A stretch of 64,000 nucleotides of DNA, taken from positions 1,920,001 through 1,984,000 of the forward strand of contig CAVTCS010000003.1 in NCBI GenBank assembly GCA_963733295.1. The letters are read 5' to 3'. The translations under genes were made by a program, and so were the position numbers. This DNA is from Vulcanimicrobiota bacterium. Lineage in GTDB: Bacteria > Vulcanimicrobiota > Vulcanimicrobiia > Vulcanimicrobiales > Vulcanimicrobiaceae. Positions 38,602 through 47,521 of the stretch are shown here, one piece after another. The notes beneath the pieces are model-generated. The model saw only the letters and a list, made by a program, of their open reading frames with translations, was not told where the DNA came from and ran no database searches. Position 1 is the stretch's first letter. Each line of letters starts with the position of its first letter.

Positions 38602-39872
38602 ACGAGCGTCGCGTCGAGAATTTCGATCGGATGCGCCGCCGGTAAACTCAGGCCTCGCTTGGCGAGAATCGATTGAATCTGCAACGTGCAGCCCGGGTTC
38701 GCGCTCGCGAACAGGTCCGCGCCGAGCGCGAGCAGGTTGTCGACTTTGCGTTCGCCGATTTCTTGCGCGCTTTCGGGTTGCACTAGGTTGTAGATGCCGG
38801 CGCTGCCGCAGCACTGGTCGCCGTCCGGGATCTCGAGCAACTGCAAACCGGGAATCGAGCGCAGCAACTCGCGCGGTTGCGCGCGAATCCGCTGCGCGTG
38901 CGCCAGGTGACACGCATCGTGATAGGCGACCTTGATCGGCGCGAAGCGGCGTTCGGCAACCGGCTCGACGCTCGCTAGGAACTCGTTCACGTCTTTCACC
39001 TTGGCGGCAAAGCGTTCGGCAGGCGCGGCCAACAGCGGATCGCCGGCGAAAAGCTCGCCGTACTGCTTGAGCGTCGAACCGCATCCCGCGGCATTGATCA
39101 GAATCGCGTCGACCTCGCTCTCGGCAGCGAAATCTTCGATCAGCGTGGCCGCAAAAGCGCGAGCTTCGAGGTCGCGTCCGGCATGCAGCGAGAGGGCCCC
39201 GCAACAACCTTGTGGCCGTGGGATCACGACCTCGAATCCTTCGGCGGACAGGACCCGGACCGTCGCGGCGTTGACGTTGGGGAAAAAGACGCGTTGAACG
39301 CAACCTGCGATCAAGGCGACGCGCCCGCGCTTCGCGCCGCGCGCAGGCGTGAAGACCGGCAGCGTGGCGCGCAACCGCGAGACGGTCAAGGCCGGAGCGA
39401 GCTCGGCCAACTGTCGCAAGCGCGGCGGTAAGATCGAGAAGAGTCCGAGCCGATTCGCCAAAGCCCGCAAACCGAGTTTCTCGAAGGCATAGAGCGCCGG
39501 CGCCAAGACGCGCAGGCGTTCGGGATACGGGAACAGCGCAAAGATCACTTCGCGGAAGGCCGCGTCGTCGGTCGGGCGCTCGTACTCTTGCTCGATTTGC
39601 GCGCGCGCGCTCTCGATCAAGAGATCGTAGCGCACGCCGGAGGGGCAAGCGGTGACGCATCCCATGCACCCTAGACACGCGTCGAGGTGGCCGACGACGG
39701 TCTCATCGAGCTCGAGCGTTCCGGCGTGAATGCCCGCGATCAAGTCGATGCGGCCCCGCGGCGAGTCGGGCTCGTCGTGCCACGACCGGTACGTGGGACA
39801 GGCCGGCAGACAGAATCCGCAATGGACGCAGTCCGCCAGTAGATCGTCTAGGCTCCGCTGCTCCACCGCCAC
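38598..39872 (-). CDS. glcF: Glycolate oxidase Fe-S subunit
   Basis: CVHCGFCLPACP, CLGCMGCVTACP, two CCG domains, ANPGC. Confidence 0.93.
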   Translation of the reverse strand: MAVEQRSLDDLLADCVHCGFCLPACPTYRSWHDEPDSPRGRIDLIAGIHAGTLELDETVVGHLDACLGCMGCVTACPSGVRYDLLIESARAQIEQEYERPTDDAAFREVIFALFPYPERLRVLAPALYAFEKLGLRALANRLGLFSILPPRLRQLAELAPALTVSRLRATLPVFTPARGAKRGRVALIAGCVQRVFFPNVNAATVRVLSAEGFEVVIPRPQGCCGALSLHAGRDLEARAFAATLIEDFAAESEVDAILINAAGCGSTLKQYGELFAGDPLLAAPAERFAAKVKDVNEFLASVEPVAERRFAPIKVAYHDACHLAHAQRIRAQPRELLRSIPGLQLLEIPDGDQCCGSAGIYNLVQPESAQEIGERKVDNLLALGADLFASANPGCTLQIQSILAKRGLSLPAAHPIEILDATLV

Positions 39873-39873
39873 T

Positions 39874-41058
39874 CTAGAGGCCTCCGAGAAAGCGGCCGGG
39901 GTTCAAGCGACGCTCCGGATCGAAACGTTCTTTGAGACGCTTCATCAAGAAAAACGAATCGGGGAGCGTCCCAAAACGGTCGAGCGGACCGGCGAACGTT
40001 TGCTCCGGCATCTCGAGAACGACCAGATTCCCGCCGCATGCTTCAAGGGAAGCGCGCGCGTCGAGCACGGCGCGCACGAAGCGGCCTTCTTCGCGCGGCT
40101 CACCGGAAACGAACCCCGCGCCGAGCGTCGGATAGAGGACCACCCGCGCTGCGTCGAGCGCGCTCTCGAGCGGTGCGAGCGCTTCGTCGGTAACGCGATC
40201 GACCTCCCACGGTGGCGCCGAGAAGCGCATGCGCAGGCTGCCGTGACGGCGTACGCGCTCGTGTACGCGTGGGACCGCATCTCCGGGCGCTTCGTCGATG
40301 GAATACGTGCGCGCGTCGGCGAGAGCCGCCAAGGCGCTGCTCTGCTCGTCGACCCCGGCGCTGAAACCTTCGAACAGCACGCAGACTTCGAACGCGCGTC
40401 CGGTGTGGAACGCAAGCACCGCACTCGGTTCGAGTTGACGCGCGACGATCGCCGCGCAGAACTCGCGCAGTGCGAGCGCTGAGGGAACGACGACGCGCAA
40501 CCAGCGCGACGCTTCCGGAAGCGGGTGCAGCCGGAAGGTTGCGGTCGCGATCATACCGAGCGAGCCGAGCGCGCCGACCATCAGCTTGGGAAGGTCGAAG
40601 CCGGCGACGTTCTTGACGACCTTGCCGCCGCCGCGTACGCGCTTTCCGTCGGCACGGATGACGGAGATGCCGACGATCAGATCGCGCAGCGTTCCGAAGC
40701 GCGCGCGCAGCGGACCGAAGGCGTTCGTCGCGAGCAGTCCGCCCAGCGTCGCGCGTTCGGGGAGCGGCGCATCGAGTGCGAGCCGTTGGCCTTGCGGCGC
40801 GAGCGTACTTTGGAGCTGCGCGAGCGTCACTCCGGCCTCGACGGTGACGATCAGATCGGCGGGCGTGTAGTCGACGATGGCGTTCAACCGATCGGTGCGC
40901 ACGAGCGTGTCGATCCGCTCGGGTGGATTCCCGTAACCGAGCTCGGTGCCGCCGCCGGCAAAGGCAAGCACGCGGCGATCGCTCGCGGCCGCTTGCATGA
41001 CGCGCTCCGCTTCCGCGATGCTGCCGGGCCTCACCGTATTCTGCGCCCCTTCGGTCAA
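39874..41058 (-). CDS. glcE: Glycolate oxidase FAD-binding subunit
   Basis: GGGT, GGKVVKNVAGFDL, LKERFDP..LNPGR; TTGA overlap with glcD. Confidence 0.9.
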   Translation of the reverse strand: MTEGAQNTVRPGSIAEAERVMQAAASDRRVLAFAGGGTELGYGNPPERIDTLVRTDRLNAIVDYTPADLIVTVEAGVTLAQLQSTLAPQGQRLALDAPLPERATLGGLLATNAFGPLRARFGTLRDLIVGISVIRADGKRVRGGGKVVKNVAGFDLPKLMVGALGSLGMIATATFRLHPLPEASRWLRVVVPSALALREFCAAIVARQLEPSAVLAFHTGRAFEVCVLFEGFSAGVDEQSSALAALADARTYSIDEAPGDAVPRVHERVRRHGSLRMRFSAPPWEVDRVTDEALAPLESALDAARVVLYPTLGAGFVSGEPREEGRFVRAVLDARASLEACGGNLVVLEMPEQTFAGPLDRFGTLPDSFFLMKRLKERFDPERRLNPGRFLGGL

Positions 41059-42518
41059 CCGCGACCCGCTCGATCCGATTCTTCGGCCGCGTGTGGAACG
41101 TAGGTACCCGGGCGGTCGCCGCACAGGCGCGGCGTCGGGAAAACTTTGTTCGGATTGAACGAACGCTCCGGGTCGAACGCGCAGCGAATGGCGTTCATCG
41201 CGTCGAGGTCGTCATCGTCGAACAGTTCGCCGAGGTAGGCTGCTTTGTCCGCACCGACGCCGTGTTCGCCCGTGATCGAGCCGCCATGTCTGATGCAGAT
41301 CCGCAAGATCTCTCCCGCGACAACCTCGGCGCGATGTTCCTCGCCGGGAACGCGCGCATCGTAGAGAACGAGCGGATGCAAGTTACCGTCGCCGGCGTGG
41401 AACACGTTGGCGATCCGGAAACCCTCGCGCGCGCTCAGCTCGGCGATCTCACGCAACACGCGCCCGATATCCGAGCGCGGGATAACGCCGTCTTGAACGT
41501 AGTAGTTCGGACTGATGCGCCCCATCGCGGCGAAGGCGCCCTTGCGGCCTTTCCACATCAGCGCCCGCTCGGCGTCGTCGCGCGGCGCGCGTACTTCGAG
41601 CGCGCCACTGCGCCGCGCGATGTCGCTCGCAAGGTGAGCCGTGTGCTCCGCCTCGGCCCGCGGACCGTCGACGTCCAGCAAGAGTGCCGCGCCGGCGTCG
41701 AGCGGCCAGTCGACGCCGGTCGCCTTCACGATCGCTTCGATCGCCAGCTGATCCATCATCTCGACGGCGGCAGGAACGATGCCGCGCGCGACAATCGCCG
41801 AAACGCAGGCTCCCGCTTCGTCGGTGGAGGGAAACGTCGCGAAAAGCGTGCGCGTCGCTTCGGGGGCGCGCAAGATGCGCACGACGGCCTCGGTCACGAT
41901 GCCCAGCATCCCTTCGCTGCCGACCAAGACGGACATCAGGTCGTAGCCGAGCGGATCGGTGTCGGCCGAGCCGAGCTCGACCAGGCGGCCGTCGGCCAGA
42001 ACGACGGTTGCCGCCACAACGTGGTTGACGGTAAAGCCGTACTTGAGACAGTGCGCGCCGCCGGAGTTCTCGGCGATATTTCCGCCGATCGAGCAAACGC
42101 TCTGCGAACTCGGGTCGGGCGCATAGTAGTAGCCGTACGGCGCGATCGCCTTGGTGATGTCGAGGTTGATCACGCCGGGTTGCACCCGCATGCGCATGTT
42201 CTCGAAATCGACCTCCAGGATGCTCGTCATGCGGGCGAGCCCGATGACGATTCCGTCGGCCGAGGGCAACGCGCCGCCGGAGAGGCCGGTCCCCGCTCCG
42301 CGCGGTACGACCGGTAAGCCGTACTCGTGCGCGATCTTGGCGCAAGCCGACACCTCGGCCGTCGTGGCGGGCAAGACGACGGCCAGCGGACGCACCCGCA
42401 TGCCGGTCAGCCCGTCGCACTCGTAGGTCCGCAACTCCGCGGGCGCCGTCAGGCAGTACTTCTTCCCTACGGCGGCCGCGAGTTCGTCGAGCGCGGTCGC
42501 GCGTTCCACCGTCTGCAA
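41055..42518 (-). CDS. glcD: Glycolate oxidase subunit GlcD
   Basis: PRGAGTGLSGGA, PDPSSQ, ENSGGAHCLKYG, HAGDGNLHP, GEHGVG. Confidence 0.95.
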   Translation of the reverse strand: MQTVERATALDELAAAVGKKYCLTAPAELRTYECDGLTGMRVRPLAVVLPATTAEVSACAKIAHEYGLPVVPRGAGTGLSGGALPSADGIVIGLARMTSILEVDFENMRMRVQPGVINLDITKAIAPYGYYYAPDPSSQSVCSIGGNIAENSGGAHCLKYGFTVNHVVAATVVLADGRLVELGSADTDPLGYDLMSVLVGSEGMLGIVTEAVVRILRAPEATRTLFATFPSTDEAGACVSAIVARGIVPAAVEMMDQLAIEAIVKATGVDWPLDAGAALLLDVDGPRAEAEHTAHLASDIARRSGALEVRAPRDDAERALMWKGRKGAFAAMGRISPNYYVQDGVIPRSDIGRVLREIAELSAREGFRIANVFHAGDGNLHPLVLYDARVPGEEHRAEVVAGEILRICIRHGGSITGEHGVGADKAAYLGELFDDDDLDAMNAIRCAFDPERSFNPNKVFPTPRLCGDRPGTYVPHAAEESDRAGRG

Positions 42519-42743
42519 GGTCCGGTTCAGCTTCGGGGCGAGGCCGGATTTTACTGTCCGGAAAAGGCACCGGCCGGCCGGCGCCCCGAGGCGAAAGTAC
42601 TTGGCGCTTTGGCAAAATGGGATAGAGCGTTTGCGCCCGGCACGCTACGATTGCCCTCCGGCGGTGCTATGCGCTAGCCGAGGCCGACCCTCGTGGCCGG
42701 CCATTTCGCTTCGCATCGTTTCACTCGACTTAGGAGACATTCA

Positions 42744-44267
42744 TTGGCTACATCCAAGCAACCAAACATCGTCGCGATAATGGCCGACGACATCGGCTGG
42801 TTTAATCTCGGGTGCTACCATCAGGGCATGATGGCGAGCCGCACGCCGAATCTCGATAAATTGGCGGCCGAAGGAATACGCTTCACCGACTACTACGCCG
42901 AGGCGAGTTGCACCGCCGGCCGCGCCAACTTCATTACCGGCCAATTGCCGATCAGAACCGGTCTAACAACCGTCGGTCAGGCGGGGGCAAAAGTTGGAAT
43001 GCCGGATGAAGCGCCGACGATCGCGACGGTCCTCCGGTCGATGGGGTACGCCACCGGCCAATTCGGAAAAAATCACTTGGGCGATCTCAACCAGTATCTG
43101 CCTACGGTTCACGGCTTCGACGAATTTTTCGGCTATCTGTATCACCTCGATGCGATGGAGGATCCCTCGCATCCGAACTATCCACAGAACCTGAAAGACA
43201 AGATCGGTCCTCGCAATATGATCCACAGCTGGGCTAGCGACACGGACGACGCAACGGTCGATCCGCGCTGGGGAAAAGTCGGCAAACAGAAGATCAAGGA
43301 CGAGGGGACACTTTACCCCGATCGGATGGAGACCGTTGACGACGAAATCCTGGCGCATGCGCTAAAGTTCATCGATGGCGCAAAGGCCGCCGGTAAGCCG
43401 TTTTTCTGTTGGCTCAATCCGACGCGCATGCACGTCGTCACGCATCTTTCCCCTAAGTATGAGAAGCTGCGCACGTCCGAGAATGGCTGGTCAATTTCGG
43501 AAGCCGGCATGGCGCAACTCGACGACATCGTCGGCGCCGTCATGAAGAAACTCAAAGACGACGGCCTCGACGACAACACCCTCGTCGTGTTTACGACGGA
43601 CAACGGAACGGAGAATTTTACCTGGCCGGACGGTGGCCAGACGCCGTTCGCCGGCGGCAAGGGAACGGTGCTCGAGGGCGGCTTCCGTTCGCCCTGCGTC
43701 GCACGCTGGCCGGGCAAGATCCCAGCCGGCAAGGTCGAGAACGGCATCTTCTCGGGACTGGATTGGTTCCCGACCTTTGTCGCCGCGGCGGGCGACCCGA
43801 ACATCGTCGCCGAGCTTCAGAAAGGCATGAAGCTCGGCGATCGCACGTACAAGGTCCACCTCGACGGCTACGATCAAATGAACGTCATCACCGGTAAGGG
43901 TCCCTCGAATCGGCACGAGATCTTCTACTTCGCCGAGGGTACCCTTGGCGCGGTCCGCGTCAACGACTACAAGTACCGCTTCATCGATCAGCCCGGAGGC
44001 TGGCTGGGCGGCACCGTCAAGGTCGACTGGCCGATCCTCTGCAATCTCCGGCTCGATCCTTTCGAAAGAACGGGCTTGACCGGATCGCTCGCTTTCTACA
44101 ACTGGTTTGCGTACGAGTTCTGGCGATTCGTACTCGTGCAAGAGGTCGTCGCCCAGGGAGCACAGACGTTCATCGAGTTCCCGCCGATGCAGAAGGGTGC
44201 GTCCTTTAACATGGAGGCGGTCAAAGCTCAGATCGAAAAAGCGATCGCTTCCCACGCCGGAAGTTAA
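42744..44267 (+). CDS. Arylsulfatase (formylglycine-dependent)
   Basis: PNIVAIMADDIG, SCTAGRA (CxAxR), GKNHLG, TDNG, EGGFR; AGGAGA RBS before TTG. Confidence 0.93.
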   Translation: MATSKQPNIVAIMADDIGWFNLGCYHQGMMASRTPNLDKLAAEGIRFTDYYAEASCTAGRANFITGQLPIRTGLTTVGQAGAKVGMPDEAPTIATVLRSMGYATGQFGKNHLGDLNQYLPTVHGFDEFFGYLYHLDAMEDPSHPNYPQNLKDKIGPRNMIHSWASDTDDATVDPRWGKVGKQKIKDEGTLYPDRMETVDDEILAHALKFIDGAKAAGKPFFCWLNPTRMHVVTHLSPKYEKLRTSENGWSISEAGMAQLDDIVGAVMKKLKDDGLDDNTLVVFTTDNGTENFTWPDGGQTPFAGGKGTVLEGGFRSPCVARWPGKIPAGKVENGIFSGLDWFPTFVAAAGDPNIVAELQKGMKLGDRTYKVHLDGYDQMNVITGKGPSNRHEIFYFAEGTLGAVRVNDYKYRFIDQPGGWLGGTVKVDWPILCNLRLDPFERTGLTGSLAFYNWFAYEFWRFVLVQEVVAQGAQTFIEFPPMQKGASFNMEAVKAQIEKAIASHAGS

Positions 44268-44286
44268 TACCGCGTAAGTACCGAAA

Positions 44287-44325
44287 AATGCGCCGTCGCG
44301 TTGAACGCCAACGCGGCGGCGCATT
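44287..44325. terminator. Strong stem-loop downstream of the sulfatase
   Basis: AATGCGCCGTCGCGTTG / CAACGCGGCGGCGCATT 17-bp stem with only a short U tract. Confidence 0.55.
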
Positions 44326-44364
44326 CCGGTTGGAGGGGAGGAAACCGCGACGAATTTCAACAGC

Positions 44365-44847
44365 GTGCACGATGTAGCACACTACCTCAGCGGCGTGGAG
44401 GTAGCTCTCCGGCTGTGCGTCGGTACGATCTTGGGTCTCGCGATCGGTTTCGAGCGTCAACTCCGGCATCGGGCTGCGGGGCTGCAAACGAGCTCGCTCG
44501 TGACCGTTGGTGCCACGCTGTATGCGACCATCGCGCCGTCGTTCGGCGCGCAGAGCAACGTTCAAATCATTGCAAACATTGTGACGGGTGTCGGTTTTCT
44601 CGCCGGCGGGGTCATCCTCAAGGACGGCATGAGCGTCAGCGGACTCAATACCGCCGCGACGCTTTGGTCGGGCGCGGCCATCGGGGCTCTGGCGGGAATC
44701 GGTCTCTTTAACGAAGCGGCTCTCGGAGCCGCGGTTATCATCGCGCTCAATTTCTTCATGGGACCGCTCGCCGACTTCATCGACAAGCGCGGGCAAAGGA
44801 TGCATCCCGATCCTTCGCACGAAGTGCCCGAGCACGAGACGCAGTAA
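44365..44847 (+). CDS. MgtC/SapB family membrane protein
   Basis: IGFERQ..AGLQT, IVTGVGFLAGGVI, GLNTAATLW. Confidence 0.92.
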   Translation: MHDVAHYLSGVEVALRLCVGTILGLAIGFERQLRHRAAGLQTSSLVTVGATLYATIAPSFGAQSNVQIIANIVTGVGFLAGGVILKDGMSVSGLNTAATLWSGAAIGALAGIGLFNEAALGAAVIIALNFFMGPLADFIDKRGQRMHPDPSHEVPEHETQ

Positions 44848-44859
44848 GGTGGTCGAACG

Positions 44860-45459
44860 TTGAGCGCACCGCCGCGACGCCGCGATTGGGGCGAAAGCGC
44901 GATACTCCTCCTGGGGGTCGTGCTCTTCACCGGTCTACAGAACCGCTACACCCTCGGGCCGCCGGAGACCAAATGGGTGCTCGGCCTGTTTGCCGTCGGC
45001 GTCTTCTTGCTCTCGCTCGTGTCGACCATAGCCGGGCAACGCAAACAGAAGCGGCGCGTCATGGCCGTAGCCGCATTCATCCTAGCCGCCGGCACCATCC
45101 TTTCCTTGATCAAAGTCGTTTATCTCGTCATCTATCAAGCGAAGACGATCGATGGCATCCGGCTCCTCGAAACGTCCCTCGTAATCTGGGTATCGAACGT
45201 CAGTGTTTTTGCGATCGTCTATCACTTGATGGGCGAAGGGGATTTTGCGTTTCCCCACTCGGATCAACAGCCGGCGAACCAGGGGCTGAACTTCCTCGAC
45301 TACGTCTTCCTTTCGTTTACGACGGCGACGGCGTTCAGCCCGACCGACACCGCGCCGCTCTCCACGCGCGCCCGAATGTGCATGATGGTCCAGTCGACGG
45401 TCTCGCTCGTGGTTATCGCGATCGCCGCTGCTCGTGCCATCAACATCCTGCCGCAATAG
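44860..45459 (+). CDS. DUF1345-like membrane protein
   Basis: Multiple TM helices; DFAFP, FLDYVFLSFTTATAFSPTD, ARAINIL. Confidence 0.8.
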   Translation: MSAPPRRRDWGESAILLLGVVLFTGLQNRYTLGPPETKWVLGLFAVGVFLLSLVSTIAGQRKQKRRVMAVAAFILAAGTILSLIKVVYLVIYQAKTIDGIRLLETSLVIWVSNVSVFAIVYHLMGEGDFAFPHSDQQPANQGLNFLDYVFLSFTTATAFSPTDTAPLSTRARMCMMVQSTVSLVVIAIAAARAINILPQ

Positions 45460-45476
45460 CGCCCGGCTGTCGACCC

Positions 45477-46706
45477 TTAGTCGGCGGTCCAGTCGAGCAT
45501 CGATTCCCATTCGCTCGGAGCGAAGGCCGCCTTCGACTTGATGGCCTCGACGTAGCGCCGCTTCCCGGCACGGTTGCCTTTCCCGATCATGACCGCGCCG
45601 GCGAGGCGATTCTGCCAGAAAAAGAGCGCCCGGAAGTGCTTTTTCTCGCGATCGATTTTGCGCACCATGTCGAGGTCGTCGCGATATTCGGGTGAGATGC
45701 CGAACTGCGTGATCGTTTGATCGGTGAAGATTTTCGACGAATATTCGGGCACGTCGTGGTAGCGCTCGTCGCCGCCGGCCATGTTGATCGCCGCCACCTT
45801 GCCGTGCGCTCCCGCGTTGTTCCAGGTGCCGAGACGGTAGTTCATCTCGGCGACGGGATCGTAGAACTCGGCGGCATCGCCACCCGCAAAGATGCCCTTG
45901 ACGTTCGTCTCGAGCCGGTCGTCGCAGACGATGCCGGTCTTCGTCTCGATCCCGGTTCCGTCCAGGATCTCCATGTTGATCGTCAGGCCGAGGCCGAAGC
46001 CGACGCAGTCGGCCGGGATCTCGAGCCCGCTGGCCGTTACGACCTTGGTGACGGCGCCGTTGGAACGAACCAGCTCGCGCACTTCCTCGCCGTAATGGAC
46101 GTGTACGCCATCCTGACGCGCCGCATCGTCGATCATCTCGCCCGCGATCTCGTCGAGCATCCGGCGCAGAAAGCGCGGACCGCGCAGCACCCAATGCGTC
46201 TCGACGCCACGTGAGGCGAAGGCTTCGGCCAACTCATACGCGATGAACGAGCCGCCCACCGCCACGGCCGATTTGGCGCTCTCGAGCTGCTGCGAGATTG
46301 CCTTCGTGTCGTCCATATACTGGAAGTTGAAAACGTTCTGCGCGCCGCCGGCGCCCGGCACGGTGCTGGGATTCGGCCGGCCCCCCGTCGCTACGAGGAG
46401 GGCGTCGAACGGATAGCCGGTCTCACCCACGTACGCCACTTTGCCCGCGGCGTCGATCCGGTCGACCCGGGTCCGCAGATGAAGCTCGATTGCGTGTTTC
46501 TCATGCCAGGCCGCATCGCGCATGATGACCTTCTGCTCCGTGACCTGCTTGCGCAGGAGCGGCGGCAGCGCGATCCGGTTGTAGAGTGGGTAAGCCTCAT
46601 CCGTGAAAAGTGTGATGGTGCAGGCGGGGTCCAGCTTCCTCAGTTGCTCCGCGGCCGTGGTGCCGGCGAACCCGTTGCCCACGATGACGTACTTGCGTTC
46701 GCTCAC
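45477..46706 (-). CDS. NAD(P)/FAD-dependent oxidoreductase (ferredoxin/rubredoxin reductase-like)
   Basis: IVGNGFAG, YNRIAL, ATGG, VGGSFIAYE, TNVKGIFAGGD. Confidence 0.9.
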   Translation of the reverse strand: MSERKYVIVGNGFAGTTAAEQLRKLDPACTITLFTDEAYPLYNRIALPPLLRKQVTEQKVIMRDAAWHEKHAIELHLRTRVDRIDAAGKVAYVGETGYPFDALLVATGGRPNPSTVPGAGGAQNVFNFQYMDDTKAISQQLESAKSAVAVGGSFIAYELAEAFASRGVETHWVLRGPRFLRRMLDEIAGEMIDDAARQDGVHVHYGEEVRELVRSNGAVTKVVTASGLEIPADCVGFGLGLTINMEILDGTGIETKTGIVCDDRLETNVKGIFAGGDAAEFYDPVAEMNYRLGTWNNAGAHGKVAAINMAGGDERYHDVPEYSSKIFTDQTITQFGISPEYRDDLDMVRKIDREKKHFRALFFWQNRLAGAVMIGKGNRAGKRRYVEAIKSKAAFAPSEWESMLDWTAD

Positions 46707-46781
46707 AGTCCTCAACGACTCCCGAAAGTCCGGTCCGGCCGGTGGGGAAGGGACCCGGGTTCATGGAAAAAACGGCTGGCG

Positions 46782-47135
46782 ATGGAAGTACGCCTCGTCC
46801 AGCTCCTAGGGTCATTCATCACGACGTCGAGCGCGTACACTTTGGCGCGTCTCGAATTCGCGATGCGCCATCCTGAAACGTCTGCGCCGCCGCTCATCCG
46901 GCGTTTATCGGATGCTTCCGAGGCCACCTTGCGGACGGAGTGGGAAGAAATCGAACGGCAGGTCGATTCGGCACGCCGGTACGTGCGGGAGCAAGACGAC
47001 TCACGCGGGAAGCGAGCCGTATACGACCCGTCCTTTGGTTGGCTGCAGCGAACGACCCGTGAGCTCGAGCAATATGCGCGGGCTGTGCGCTGGGTGCTGA
47101 CGGTCAACGACGGACGGCCGGGAGAGATCTCATGA
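46782..47135 (+). CDS. Hypothetical helical protein
   Basis: 117-aa ATG ORF, ATGA-coupled to the next gene. Confidence 0.7.
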   Translation: MEVRLVQLLGSFITTSSAYTLARLEFAMRHPETSAPPLIRRLSDASEATLRTEWEEIERQVDSARRYVREQDDSRGKRAVYDPSFGWLQRTTRELEQYARAVRWVLTVNDGRPGEIS

Positions 47136-47500
47136 GTTCCGATTTCAACGCAGCCGTCGAACAGCTGCTCGCGCAGGGTCGCGATTTCCAGAAACAGATG
47201 GCCGATGCGATGAACCGCACGGCCGAAGACATCAAGCCGCAGGTTCACGAAGCCGTTCGCCAAGCCCAAGAACTGCAGGCAACGCTGGGCAAGCACGCGG
47301 CCGAAACGGGAACGATCGCATCCGCGCAGGCGCAGACGGCGTTCGGCCACTTGAACGAGTTCGTCTCCATCGGCGCCAACGCGGCACGCGAGTCGGCCGA
47401 GCAGGCGCGGACGACGGCGGCGAAGATGGCCGACCAGGCGCGCCGCATGGTCGAAGCGGCTACGGCAGCAGCCGCCGCGGAAGCCAAGAAGCCGAAGTAA
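47132..47500 (+). CDS. Ala/Gln-rich amphipathic helical protein (phasin/LEA-like)
   Basis: GGAGA RBS; composition only. Confidence 0.7.
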   Translation: MSSDFNAAVEQLLAQGRDFQKQMADAMNRTAEDIKPQVHEAVRQAQELQATLGKHAAETGTIASAQAQTAFGHLNEFVSIGANAARESAEQARTTAAKMADQARRMVEAATAAAAAEAKKPK

Positions 47501-47521
47501 GCGCGCGCCCCGCTCGCGCGT

